A stretch of DNA of 42,797 nucleotides, from positions 1 through 42,797 of the forward strand of contig VFJM01000015.1 of the NCBI GenBank assembly GCA_009886055.1, read 5' to 3'. Made by a program: the position numbers and the translations under genes. Origin of the DNA: Geobacter sp. Its GTDB lineage: Bacteria > Desulfobacterota > Desulfuromonadia > Geobacterales > Pseudopelobacteraceae. The notes beneath the pieces are model-generated. The model saw only the letters and a program-made list of their open reading frames with translations. It did not search any database and was not told the origin of the DNA. This document shows, one piece after another, positions 27,776 through 36,696 of the stretch (position 1 is the stretch's first letter; every line of letters starts with the position of its first letter).

Positions 27776-27983
27776 AGTGAGTTAGATGTTATTTTCTGCT
27801 TTGTTTAGTACGGTAGAAATTATTTATGCGGTTTTTTGCAGAAATGATTTTGTTAGCGTACTTATCCAATTTATTGGGACCGGCAGAAATCACTTCGTGA
27901 ACGAACTATCCTGTCTATGCGGGATGAAAAGGAGATGGTTGGCATCGGTAACGATTACAACCATTTTAAAAGGAGGTACAGCA

Positions 27984-30900
27984 ATGGCGGTATCACGTAG
28001 AGATTTTTTCAAACTCTCCGGTTCCGGGCTTGCGGTTGCCACCCTCGGTTTCAACCTCGCTCCAGTCGAGGCCAAAGCAGAGGATCTGGCTATCCGCTAT
28101 GCCAAAGAGACCACCAGCATCTGTCCGTACTGCGCAGTCGGTTGCGGCATGATTGTGCATACGCTTGGTGGCAACATTATCAACATTGAGGGTGACCCTG
28201 ATCATCCGATCAATGAGGGGGCACTCTGCCCGAAAGGCTCTTCGGCGTATCAATTGCGTGATAACAAGGCGCGCTTGACCAAACCGCTCTATCGAGCGGC
28301 TGGAGCAACCGAGTGGCAAGAGGTTTCCTGGGATTGGGCCGTTGACGAGATAGCCAAGAAGGTTAAAAAAACCCGCGACACCAGTTTCGTGGCGACTTCA
28401 AAGATCAAGATCAAGGAAAAGATCGGTAATGCCGAGGTTGAAAAAGAGATTGAAGCGGTCGTCAACCGTACCATGGGTATCGCATCTGTCGGCAGTGCCG
28501 CCATGGATAATGAAGAGTGTTATCTGTACCAAAAATTCTTACGGGGGTTAGGCCTGGTGTATATAGAACATCAGGCCCGCATTTGACACAGCGCAACAGT
28601 TGCGGCTCTGGCAGAGTCGTTCGGACGCGGTGCAATGACGAACCACTGGATTGATGTAAAGAACTCTGATGTAATCCTTATCATGGGGGCAAACCCCGCT
28701 GAAAATCACCCGATCTCCTTCCGCTGGATCATGAAAGCAAAGGATGCCGGCGCAAAGGTAATTGTCGTTGATCCCCGCTTTACGCGCAGCGCCTCAAAGG
28801 CGGATCTGTATGCTCCGCTCCGCTCAGGAACCGATATTGCGTTTCTGGGAGGGATGATCAATTACATTCTGCAGAACAAACTTCATTTCGAAGAATATGT
28901 CAAAAATTATACCAACGCCGCATATCTGGTAAATGCCGACTTCAAAATGCCGGGTGAACTGAACGGCCTCTTTTCCGGCTATGACCCGAAAAAACGGAGC
29001 TACGATCCCAAGGCGTGGTCATTTCAGAAAAATGCTGATGAATCGATCAAGAAAGATCCGGGTTTGCAGGATCCCCATTGCGTTTTCCAGTTGATGAAGA
29101 AGCATTACTCCCGCTATACGCCAGAACTGGTCAGCAGAATTACCGGCACACCAAAGGATAAACTTCTGGAAGTATATACGCTCTATTCGTCTACCGGAAA
29201 GCCGGACAAGGCGGGTACGGAGCTGTATGCCATGGGGTGGACCCAGCACACGGTTGGCACCCAAAACATCCGTGCCATGTCCATTATCCAGCTTCTTCTG
29301 GGCAACATCGGAATCGCCGGCGGTGGAATAAACGCGTTGCGCGGAGAGGGAAATGTTCAGGGGTCTACCGACCAGGGGCTGCTGTTCCACATCCTCCCCG
29401 GCTACATGCCGGTGCCGTCGGCTGATCTGCCGTCCACGACTGCCTACATCGAGAAAAACACCCCCACATCCAAGGACCCGCAAAGTGCCAACTGGTGGGG
29501 GAACCGCAACAAATACCTGATCAGCTACCTAAAGGCGATTTATGGCGCCAAGGCGACCAAGGAGAACGATTTCGGCTACAACTGGCTTCCCAAGCTGGAT
29601 CCGGGGATGAACGGGTCGTGGCTGATGATCTTTGACAATATGATCAAAGGCAAGTTCAAGGGTTTCTTTGCCTGGGGGCAGAACCCCGCCTGTTCCGGGT
29701 CTAATACAACCAAAGTGAGAAATGCTCTTGCGAAGCTGGATTGGATGGTAGCGGTTAATCTGTTTGATAATGAAACCGCCTCATTCTGGAAAGGGCCGGG
29801 CGTTGATTCTGCATCGGTCAAGACGGAAGTTTTTTTACTCCCTGCTGCCGCTTCTTTTGAAAAAGAGGGGAGTATTTCCAATTCCGGGCGCTGGGCGCAG
29901 TGGCGTTATAAAGCGGTAAGCCCGCTTGGCCAGAGTAAACCGGATGCCGAAATCATCCATGAGCTGTACCAGAAGCTGAAGGGTATGTATGCCAAAGAGG
30001 GGGGGGCGTTGCCGGAACAGTTAACAAATCTTACCTGGAACTATGGCTTTAAGCGGGCCGATGGCACGGTCAAAAACGTTGATGTTCATGCCGTTGCCAA
30101 GGAAATCAACGGCTATTTCCTTGAGGATGTGGAGGATAAGCCGAAACTGAAACCTGGTGAAAAGGCTCCGCCACCACCTCCACCAGGAACACCTAAAAAA
30201 ATGCTCGGTAAAAAGGGTGAGTTGACAGCCGGTTTTGCCCAGCTGCAGGCCGATGGCAGCACCTCCTGCGGCAACTGGATCTACAGCCAGAGTTACAACG
30301 AAAAAGGGAATATGATGGCTCGTCGTGGCAAGAAGGATCCGACCGGGCTTGGCATGTTTCCGGAGTGGAGTTGGTGTTGGCCGGTCAACCGGCGCATTAT
30401 CTATAACCGCGCTTCCTGCGATGTTAACGGTAAACCGTTTAACCTGAAAAAAGCTGTTGTGTACTGGAATCCGGATGCACCACTTCCGAACGGCAAAACA
30501 GGCGCCTGGGTCGGGGACGTGCCGGATGGACCATGGCCGCCGATGGCACATGAAAAAGAGGGTAAAAAGCCTTTTATCATGCGTGCTGACGGAGTTGCTG
30601 CGATTTTTGGCCCCGGCCTGAAGGATGGGCCTTTCCCGGAACATTATGAGCCGATGGAATGTCCGATTCCCGAAAATCTCATGTCCAAACAGATGAACAA
30701 TCCTGCGGTAAAAATTTTCAAGGACACACATGTAAAAGAAGATGTGCTGGCGTCCAACGATGCGCGCTTCCCGCTGGTTGCTACTACCTATCGGGTAACA
30801 GAACATTGGCAGACCGGAGTTATGACTCGCAACACCCCGTGGCTTCTGGAGTTGCAGCCGCGTCAATTCTGTGAGATCAGCGTTGAACTTGCCAAGGAAA

Positions 30901-31160
30901 CAGGGATCAACAACGGCGATATGGTAGAGATATCGTCAGCCCGTGGCAAGATAGACGCTGTTGCCATGGTCACTCCTCGCTTTAAGCCATTTAAAATTGG
31001 TGACAAGATTGTTCATCAAATAGGTATGCCCTGGTGCTTCGGATGGCACACCCCCGGCGTGGGAGACGCCGCTAATCTGCTGACCCCCACTGCGGGTGAC
31101 GCCAACACGATGATTCCCGAGACCAAAGCCTTTATGGTCGGAATCGCGAGAAAGGGGTAA
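27984..31160 (+). CDS. fdnG: Formate dehydrogenase catalytic (alpha) subunit, Mo/W-bis-PGD, selenocysteine-containing, Tat-exported
   Basis: AGGAGG precedes the ATG at 27984. The Tat signal is MAVSRRDFFKLSG. The 4Fe-4S motif is CPYCAVGCGM. An in-frame TGA at 28584-28586 sits in the context EHQARI-U-HSATVAALAESFGRGAMTNHW, the conserved Sec site of FdnG/FdhF-type enzymes. The two ORF-track pieces (27786-28586 and 28635-31160) are in the same frame. Confidence 0.9.
28603..28619 (+). promoter_or_regulatory. Candidate bacterial SECIS upper stem-loop
   Basis: CGGCUCU-GGC-AGAGUCG (7 bp including one G-U) starts 17 nt after the UGA, with a G-rich apical loop. The exact SelB-binding geometry is not verifiable by eye. 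Confidence 0.45.
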
Positions 31161-31163
31161 GTC

Positions 31164-31955
31164 ATGGCCGATACCATTAACCAAACTGCCCGCAAAGGGT
31201 TTCTCGTCGATACCTCCCGCTGCATCGGCTGCCGCTCCTGTCAGGTTGCCTGCAAACAGTGGAACAAGCTGGATGCCGACAAAACCTCCAACAAGGGGAC
31301 GTTTGAAAACCCGCGCGACCTGACCCCGGCTCTCTACAACCGGATCAAATTTATTGAAAAGGAAACCTCGGGCGAGATCTCCTGGCTGTTTTTCAATGAG
31401 CGCTGCATGCATTGCGGCGATGCCGGCTGCATGAAGGTCTGCCCGTCACCGGGAGCGCTCTATCGTACGAAAGAAGGGATCGTGGCCTACAACAAGGAGA
31501 AGTGCATCTCCTGCAAATATTGCGTTTCAGCCTGTCCCTTCAATATTCCCCGCTACGGTTCTGACGACAAGGTCAGCAAATGCCACCTCTGCCAGAGCCG
31601 CGTTGAAGGCGGCATAGCCCCCGCCTGCGCCAAGGCGTGCCCAACGGAAGCACTGAAGTTCGGTAAACGGAGTGACCTTATTGCCAAGGCCACGGCAGCT
31701 AAAAAAACACTGTACGGAGTGGACAGCCTAAATGGACTGGGGGTTGTCTATGCGCTGGAAGGGCCTCCGGAACAGTATGGCCTGCCGACAAATCCGAGTA
31801 TTCCGCTTTCGATCTTCCTCTGGAAAGATGTTATCAAACCGCTCGGTATCCTCGGGTTCTGGGGGAGCATCGGCGCCATGCTGCTGCATTATGTGACTAT
31901 TGGGCCGAAAAAAATTGATAGTGATCATGACGTCAGGGAGGACAGCAATGAGTGA
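31164..31955 (+). CDS. fdnH: Formate dehydrogenase iron-sulfur (beta) subunit with C-terminal TM anchor
   Basis: Four ferredoxin-type Cys clusters: CIGCRSCQVAC, CMHCGDAGCMKVC, CISCKYCVSAC and CHLCQSR...CAKAC. A hydrophobic C-terminal helix is present. Confidence 0.9.
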   Translation: MADTINQTARKGFLVDTSRCIGCRSCQVACKQWNKLDADKTSNKGTFENPRDLTPALYNRIKFIEKETSGEISWLFFNERCMHCGDAGCMKVCPSPGALYRTKEGIVAYNKEKCISCKYCVSACPFNIPRYGSDDKVSKCHLCQSRVEGGIAPACAKACPTEALKFGKRSDLIAKATAAKKTLYGVDSLNGLGVVYALEGPPEQYGLPTNPSIPLSIFLWKDVIKPLGILGFWGSIGAMLLHYVTIGPKKIDSDHDVREDSNE

Positions 31956-32565
31956 TTATATTGAGCGTTTCAGAACCAGCGAACGAATCCTGCACTGGGT
32001 TGTTACGTGCAGCTTCTTTACTCTGCTTCTCACCGGACTTGGGCTCTATTCCAGGCTTTTTAACGGTTTTTTCGGTCTGTTCGGAGGTGGACAGGGCGCT
32101 ATCCTGACCCACAAAATTTCGGGCATTATATTTTTCTTCAGCTCCCTTTACATGTTTTTTAATCATAAAAAGGATGTCTCCAGCTTTGATGATTCCGACT
32201 GGCAGTGGATAAAGAAGTACGGAGGCTATCTCACCAAATACGGAGTCCACTTTGACATCGGCAAGTACAACCCCGGACAGAAGTTGTTTGCCGTATTCAT
32301 TGCCGCCGCTACCGTAGCTCTGGGGTTAACCGGCATCTTCATCTGGTTTCCGGGGTCCTTCCCCCGCTGGATCGTACAGATGTCTCTGCTGCTGCACAGC
32401 ACGATGTTTGTGGGTTCAATAATGTTCGTCGTTGTACATGTATACCTTGCCACCATCGGCAACCCCGGCACCATTGAGGCCATGCTGTACGGCGATGTCC
32501 GAACATTATGGGCAAAAAAACATCACCCGAAATGGTACAAGGACGTTACCGAAGAAAATCAGTAG
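31948..32565 (+). CDS. fdnI: Formate dehydrogenase cytochrome b (gamma) subunit
   Basis: ATG at 31948 after AGGGAGGA, overlapping the fdnH end by 8 nt. The product has four TM helices with conserved His residues (ILHWV, LTHK, LLLHS, VHVY). Confidence 0.85.
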   Translation: MSDYIERFRTSERILHWVVTCSFFTLLLTGLGLYSRLFNGFFGLFGGGQGAILTHKISGIIFFFSSLYMFFNHKKDVSSFDDSDWQWIKKYGGYLTKYGVHFDIGKYNPGQKLFAVFIAAATVALGLTGIFIWFPGSFPRWIVQMSLLLHSTMFVGSIMFVVVHVYLATIGNPGTIEAMLYGDVRTLWAKKHHPKWYKDVTEENQ

Positions 32566-32589
32566 CGAAAAAAAATCAACATAATCTGC

Positions 32590-32612
32590 GTGGGCAGCGT
32601 ATCGCTGCCCAC
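32590..32612 (+). other. Intercistronic perfect 10-bp hairpin between fdnI and fdhE
   Basis: GTGGGCAGCG-TAT-CGCTGCCCAC with no following U-run. Confidence 0.5.
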
Positions 32613-32633
32613 GACGCAGACCAGGGAGCATTG

Positions 32634-33464
32634 ATGTCGTCATACAGCAGTAAAATAAAATCACTGCAGGATGCTGCGGTACGATCACCGGAATATGGAG
32701 CGATCATACCGCTCTTTGTGGAACTCTTCCGCTATCTTGAGGTAGCAGCCGGCCAGACCGGGATTGCAGTCAACGCCCCGCAGAAAAGCCTGAAACATGG
32801 ATTCCCGCTGATCTCGCCTGACAACCTGACCATTGACACCGCCGCCTGCTCTGCATTTCTGAAAGGCGCAATTTCCGTTCTCAGCCGGGTTGGCAACGAG
32901 GGGGCAGACGACCTGTCGAAGATCCGGGAAGCGATCAATGCCGGGGGGCTTGATCTTAAGGCGATGTTCCGCGCTATCCTGGAGCGTAGAAGGAGTGACA
33001 TCGACGAAGCAGCCCTGGCCATAAACGTGCCTGCAACGCTTCTGGAGTACATCTGCGAGATCCCTCTGAAAGCGGCCCTTGAACTCTTTGCCGAAGGTGT
33101 TTCCACTGACGGGCTTGAGAACTGGACAGAAGGGTGCTGCCCGGTTTGCGGTTCGCGGGCCGGCATGGCAGAACTGGCCGGGGAGGAGGGAAAACGGCAC
33201 CTCTTCTGCTCGGCCTGCACGTTCCGCTGGCCCTTCAAGCGTTTGCAGTGCCCCTACTGCGGAAACGAGGAAGTTGACAAGCTCTCCTACTTTGTCGCCG
33301 GTGACGGCGCAACCCGCGTGGACACCTGCAAGGCTTGCAGCCGTTACATCAAAACCCGCGATTCCCGGAAAGGAAATTCAGATGTGCCGATGGAAGTAGA
33401 GGACCTGATGACGATTCACCTTGACCTGCTGGCCGCTAAAGAGGGCTTCGAACGGGGAAAATAA
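32634..33464 (+). CDS. fdhE: Formate dehydrogenase accessory protein FdhE
   Basis: Rubredoxin-like Cys pairs CPVCGS, CSAC, CPYCGN and CKACSRYIK. ATG at 32634 after GGGAG. Confidence 0.85.
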   Translation: MSSYSSKIKSLQDAAVRSPEYGAIIPLFVELFRYLEVAAGQTGIAVNAPQKSLKHGFPLISPDNLTIDTAACSAFLKGAISVLSRVGNEGADDLSKIREAINAGGLDLKAMFRAILERRRSDIDEAALAINVPATLLEYICEIPLKAALELFAEGVSTDGLENWTEGCCPVCGSRAGMAELAGEEGKRHLFCSACTFRWPFKRLQCPYCGNEEVDKLSYFVAGDGATRVDTCKACSRYIKTRDSRKGNSDVPMEVEDLMTIHLDLLAAKEGFERGK

Positions 33465-33492
33465 TTACTATCCCGAAATTGTGTGGTGAACT

Positions 33493-34167
33493 ATGACAAC
33501 TGTCTCTTCAAATCTTATCCACGACGTTACCGGTGTAATACTGGCAGGAGGGCGTTCTTCCCGTATGCACAGCAACAAGGCTCTGCTGCCGTACCGGGGG
33601 GGACGGTTTATCGAAGCCATCCACCGACTGCTGCATGCGATCTTCCCCGAGGTAATCCTCGTAACCAATAATCCGGAACAGTACGAGTTTCTCCCGTGCA
33701 GAAAGGTACCCGACCTTTACGAGGGAATGGGGGTATTGGCGGGAATCCATTCCGGCCTGTATCACAGCAGCAATCCGGCCATATTTGCCGTAGCATGCGA
33801 CATGCCCTATCTGATGGAAAGCCTGATCAGGCATATGGCTTCCCGGGCACATTCCGGCGGTGTCCTGATCCCGGACAGCCCTAACGGGCTGGAACCGCTC
33901 CACGCGGTCTACGGCAAGGAATGCCTTGCTGCCATCGAGGCAACGCTGCTGAGTGGGCAAAGAAGGATCGTCTCCTTTTTTGACCGCACCAATGTCAGCA
34001 AGATGAATGTGGAGCAGGTCGCCTACTTCGACCCCTCATTTGCCTCCTTCATAAATATCAACACACCTCGCGATTATTACGACCTTCGCGACAGAGAGCG
34101 CACCGCCGAACTGCATATCGATGAAAACGTGTTCGATAAGGGCTCTGCCAAACACTCCGCATTCTGA
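33493..34167 (+). CDS. mobA: Molybdenum cofactor guanylyltransferase MobA
   Basis: GVILAGGRSSRM, ALLPYRG and ACDMPYL motifs. Confidence 0.85.
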   Translation: MTTVSSNLIHDVTGVILAGGRSSRMHSNKALLPYRGGRFIEAIHRLLHAIFPEVILVTNNPEQYEFLPCRKVPDLYEGMGVLAGIHSGLYHSSNPAIFAVACDMPYLMESLIRHMASRAHSGGVLIPDSPNGLEPLHAVYGKECLAAIEATLLSGQRRIVSFFDRTNVSKMNVEQVAYFDPSFASFININTPRDYYDLRDRERTAELHIDENVFDKGSAKHSAF

Positions 34168-34375
34168 TTATTGCCAACCATCTGCCGGAAAAGCGCAGAA
34201 AACAACGAGCATGAAGGAAGCGTGCTCACCTTCCTGACGCAGGCCTCGACAAAGATTATCTCACGTGATACGGTTGTTCGTATTGATCCGGGGGTTACCT
34301 CATGTTGCAGCATCAATACCCCGGAAGAACACCGGCAGATGGCAGGTAGCATCTTACGGCCAGAGAAGGATGCTG

Positions 34376-35356
34376 ATGGAACTGACTGACTCCCACGGGA
34401 GGAACATAAACTATCTCCGCCTGTCGGTCACCGACCGCTGCAACATGCGCTGTTTCTACTGCATGCCGGAAGAAGGCATCACCAAGAGGGAGCATGGCAC
34501 AATCCTTTCGTATGAGGAGCTGCTGCTGATCTCCGAAACAGCCATCGGGCTCGGTATCGAGAAAATCCGCATCACCGGAGGCGAGCCGCTGGTGCGGACC
34601 GGGATCGTCGGCTTTCTGGAACGATTGGCACGGATCCCCGGTCTGCGGCACCTGGCTCTGACCACCAACGGCCTGCTGCTGGAACAGCTGGCCGATGCTC
34701 TCCACCAGGCCGGCGTTCAACGTCTGAATGTCAGCCTCGACTCCCTTAAACCTCAGACTTTCAGTGATATCACCCGTGGCGGCGACCTGAAGAGGGTGCT
34801 GGGCGGGCTGGACGCCGCGGAAAGAGCCGGATTTCCGCCGCCGAAAATCAACTGCGTGATAATGCGCGGAGTCAACGACAACGAAATACTCGACTTTGCC
34901 GACATGACCCTGTCCCACGGCAATTCAATCCGCTTCATAGAGTACATGCCGGCAATCAAGGAAGATGGGTGGCAGCGCTACTGCATCCCCGGGAGTGAAA
35001 TTCTGGAGCGGATCGCCGGCAGATACACTCTGGAACAGGTGGACAAGGGTCCGTTTTCCGGACCGTCACGGGATTTCCGCATCCCCGGCGCACGTGGCAG
35101 CATCGGCATTATCACCGCGGTCTCCGGCCATTTCTGCAGCGAATGCAACCGCATCCGGGTCACCTCCACCGGGCAGGCCAAAGGGTGTCTTTTTTCGGAT
35201 GAAAAAACCGATCTGGTGCCGTATCTGCGCCCCCCTGACAGGGAGCGGCTGGCAGAGGCGCTGCGCGGAATTGTTTCGTCAAAGCCGGAGCGCCACTCCA
35301 TCACCGGTGAAGGGTACGCGCACAAGAATTTTACCATGTCTCAGATCGGAGGATAA
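34376..35356 (+). CDS. moaA: GTP 3',8-cyclase MoaA (radical SAM)
   Basis: YLRLSVTDRCNMRCFYCMPEE carries the CxxxCxxC motif. The C-terminal cluster is CSECNRIRVTSTGQAKGCLF. The start is either ATG 34376 (5 nt after AGAAGGA) or ATG 34370. Confidence 0.9.
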   Translation: MELTDSHGRNINYLRLSVTDRCNMRCFYCMPEEGITKREHGTILSYEELLLISETAIGLGIEKIRITGGEPLVRTGIVGFLERLARIPGLRHLALTTNGLLLEQLADALHQAGVQRLNVSLDSLKPQTFSDITRGGDLKRVLGGLDAAERAGFPPPKINCVIMRGVNDNEILDFADMTLSHGNSIRFIEYMPAIKEDGWQRYCIPGSEILERIAGRYTLEQVDKGPFSGPSRDFRIPGARGSIGIITAVSGHFCSECNRIRVTSTGQAKGCLFSDEKTDLVPYLRPPDRERLAEALRGIVSSKPERHSITGEGYAHKNFTMSQIGG

Positions 35357-35362
35357 CATACC

Positions 35363-35797
35363 ATGGCTCGTGTCGAAGCGGTCTGTATCAGCGAAAACAA
35401 GGGAGAGCGGAAGAAACCGGTCGAATCGGTAACCTTGCGTGAGAACCACGGCATCGTCGGCGACGGCCATGCCGGTGACTGGCATCGCCAAATTAGCCTG
35501 TTGGCCACGGAGAGCATAGACAAGATGCGGGCTCTGGGGCTCGATGTGACGGCGGGCGACTTTGCCGAGAATATCACCACCAGCGGCATCGATCTCGTCT
35601 CACTCCCGATCGGCAGTCGGCTGCAGGTGGGGGAAACCCTGCTGGAGGTAACCCAGATCGGCAAGGAGTGCCACACCCGCTGCGCCATCTTTTACCAGGC
35701 CGGCGACTGCGTCATGCCCAAGGAGGGAATCTTTGCCAAGGTCATCACCGGCGGAGTGATCAGGTCGGGGGATGGGGTGGAGACAATCCTGCAGTGA
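35363..35797 (+). CDS. MOSC domain-containing protein
   Basis: 144 aa with GIVGDGHAG...QISLL...GDFAENITTSGIDL...LEVTQIGKECH, typical of small MOSC proteins encoded next to moaA. Confidence 0.75.
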   Translation: MARVEAVCISENKGERKKPVESVTLRENHGIVGDGHAGDWHRQISLLATESIDKMRALGLDVTAGDFAENITTSGIDLVSLPIGSRLQVGETLLEVTQIGKECHTRCAIFYQAGDCVMPKEGIFAKVITGGVIRSGDGVETILQ

Positions 35798-35833
35798 TGC
35801 CCTGACAAAGGCGGCAAACGTGTGTAAGGTACC

Positions 35834-35870
35834 AACGGCCCCGGATAATTAATTGTCCGGGGCCGTTTTG
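35834..35870 (+). terminator. Rho-independent terminator ending the fdn / Moco gene string
   Basis: A 12-bp perfect stem, AACGGCCCCGGA / TCCGGGGCCGTT, followed by TTTGCTTT. Confidence 0.8.
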
Positions 35871-36043
35871 CTTTAGTAAGTCACAAAATATTTTCTGCGG
35901 TTTTTTTCAGAAAATAGTCTGGTTTCCGCTCTATCCCGTTTATCGGGCATAAGCCCGGGTTTAACGTGCTCGAATTCGAATTAGAAACCGGACAAGGCTG
36001 AAGAGCTGCCGCATGGCTTCCCAACCGGCCGCATGATCTTCTC

Positions 36044-36095
36044 CATTTTTCCTTTGCCTCTCCGCGCCCATTCCTAGTATCATACGCGGGTTTTA
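36044..36095 (+). promoter_or_regulatory. Promoter-like module A (shared with 36697-36750)
   Basis: CATTTTTCCTTTGCCTC contains the -35 TTGCCT (36054-36059). An 18-nt spacer leads to TATCAT (36078-36083), then ACGCGGGTTTT. It lies about 150 nt upstream of the lipoprotein gene. Confidence 0.35.
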
Positions 36096-36242
36096 GGGTC
36101 AGCAGTTGACACTGAAAAAGAAGATATTGCAAACATGCCGGTTACAGTTCAGGAGGGCAGGTGCCACGATGAAATCCCTCTGGAATAGACCCGCATGAAT
36201 AACGCAGCAGGTGATTTCAATGCTTGTCTTTGGAGGTAAAAA

Positions 36243-36551
36243 ATGAGGCGACTCATGATTACTTGTGTGGTCGTAGGTATTGCCATGATCAGCAGCGGCT
36301 GTTCAACGGCATCAAAAAGTGTTGTAAAGGGCGGGGCCGGGACGCTTGTCATCCGGTGCGATGCCGCAAAATCGTTATCCGTCTGTCGTGAACAGGCAAA
36401 AGATGCATGTCCCAACGGGTATACGACCATCTCGGAAACCACTGGCGTCAACCGAAAAGAGATCAGGGTCTCCTGTAAAAACCAGGCCGATACGGTTACA
36501 AAGGGCAAAGGGAGCATCAACGGGGTCGTGTCTCAACCACATACAAAATAA
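36243..36551 (+). CDS. Small Cys-containing lipoprotein of unknown function
   Basis: GGAGGTAAAAAATG gives a strong SD. The signal peptide and lipobox are MRRLMITCVVVGIAMISSGC. The mature part has four further Cys residues. Confidence 0.6.
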   Translation: MRRLMITCVVVGIAMISSGCSTASKSVVKGGAGTLVIRCDAAKSLSVCREQAKDACPNGYTTISETTGVNRKEIRVSCKNQADTVTKGKGSINGVVSQPHTK

Positions 36552-36696
36552 AAAAGGAACGGGCTGATATATGAACGGCCGCAACAACACGTACCCCTGA
36601 TAGCTGCTGCGAGGACGGCTGGAATGAAGTGCAGAAGCCGCCTGATCCCCACAAACCTCCTTGAACCACTCACAAATGAAGCTGACTTCGTCGGGG

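Noticed and set aside
27939-27956. TTGGCATCGGTAACGATT, 30 nt upstream of the fdnG SD, as a sigma54 promoter.
   Set aside because: It has a good -24 TGGCAT, but the -12 position reads GA instead of the invariant GC.
28584-28634. Apparent gene break or pseudogene: the fdnG-like reading frame stops at TGA, and the next tracked ORF starts 49 nt later.
   Set aside because: Both parts are in the same frame. The context ARI-U-HSATVAAL is the conserved Sec site, and selA/selB/tRNA-Sec are adjacent. I interpret it as selenocysteine read-through, not a frameshift or two genes.
34168-34375. A Moco riboswitch was expected in the 208-nt mobA-moaA spacer, which is the classic location upstream of moaA.
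   Set aside because: I found no CUCCGAGCC-like box and no tetraloop/receptor pair, only generic short hairpins. This cannot be excluded without a covariance-model search.
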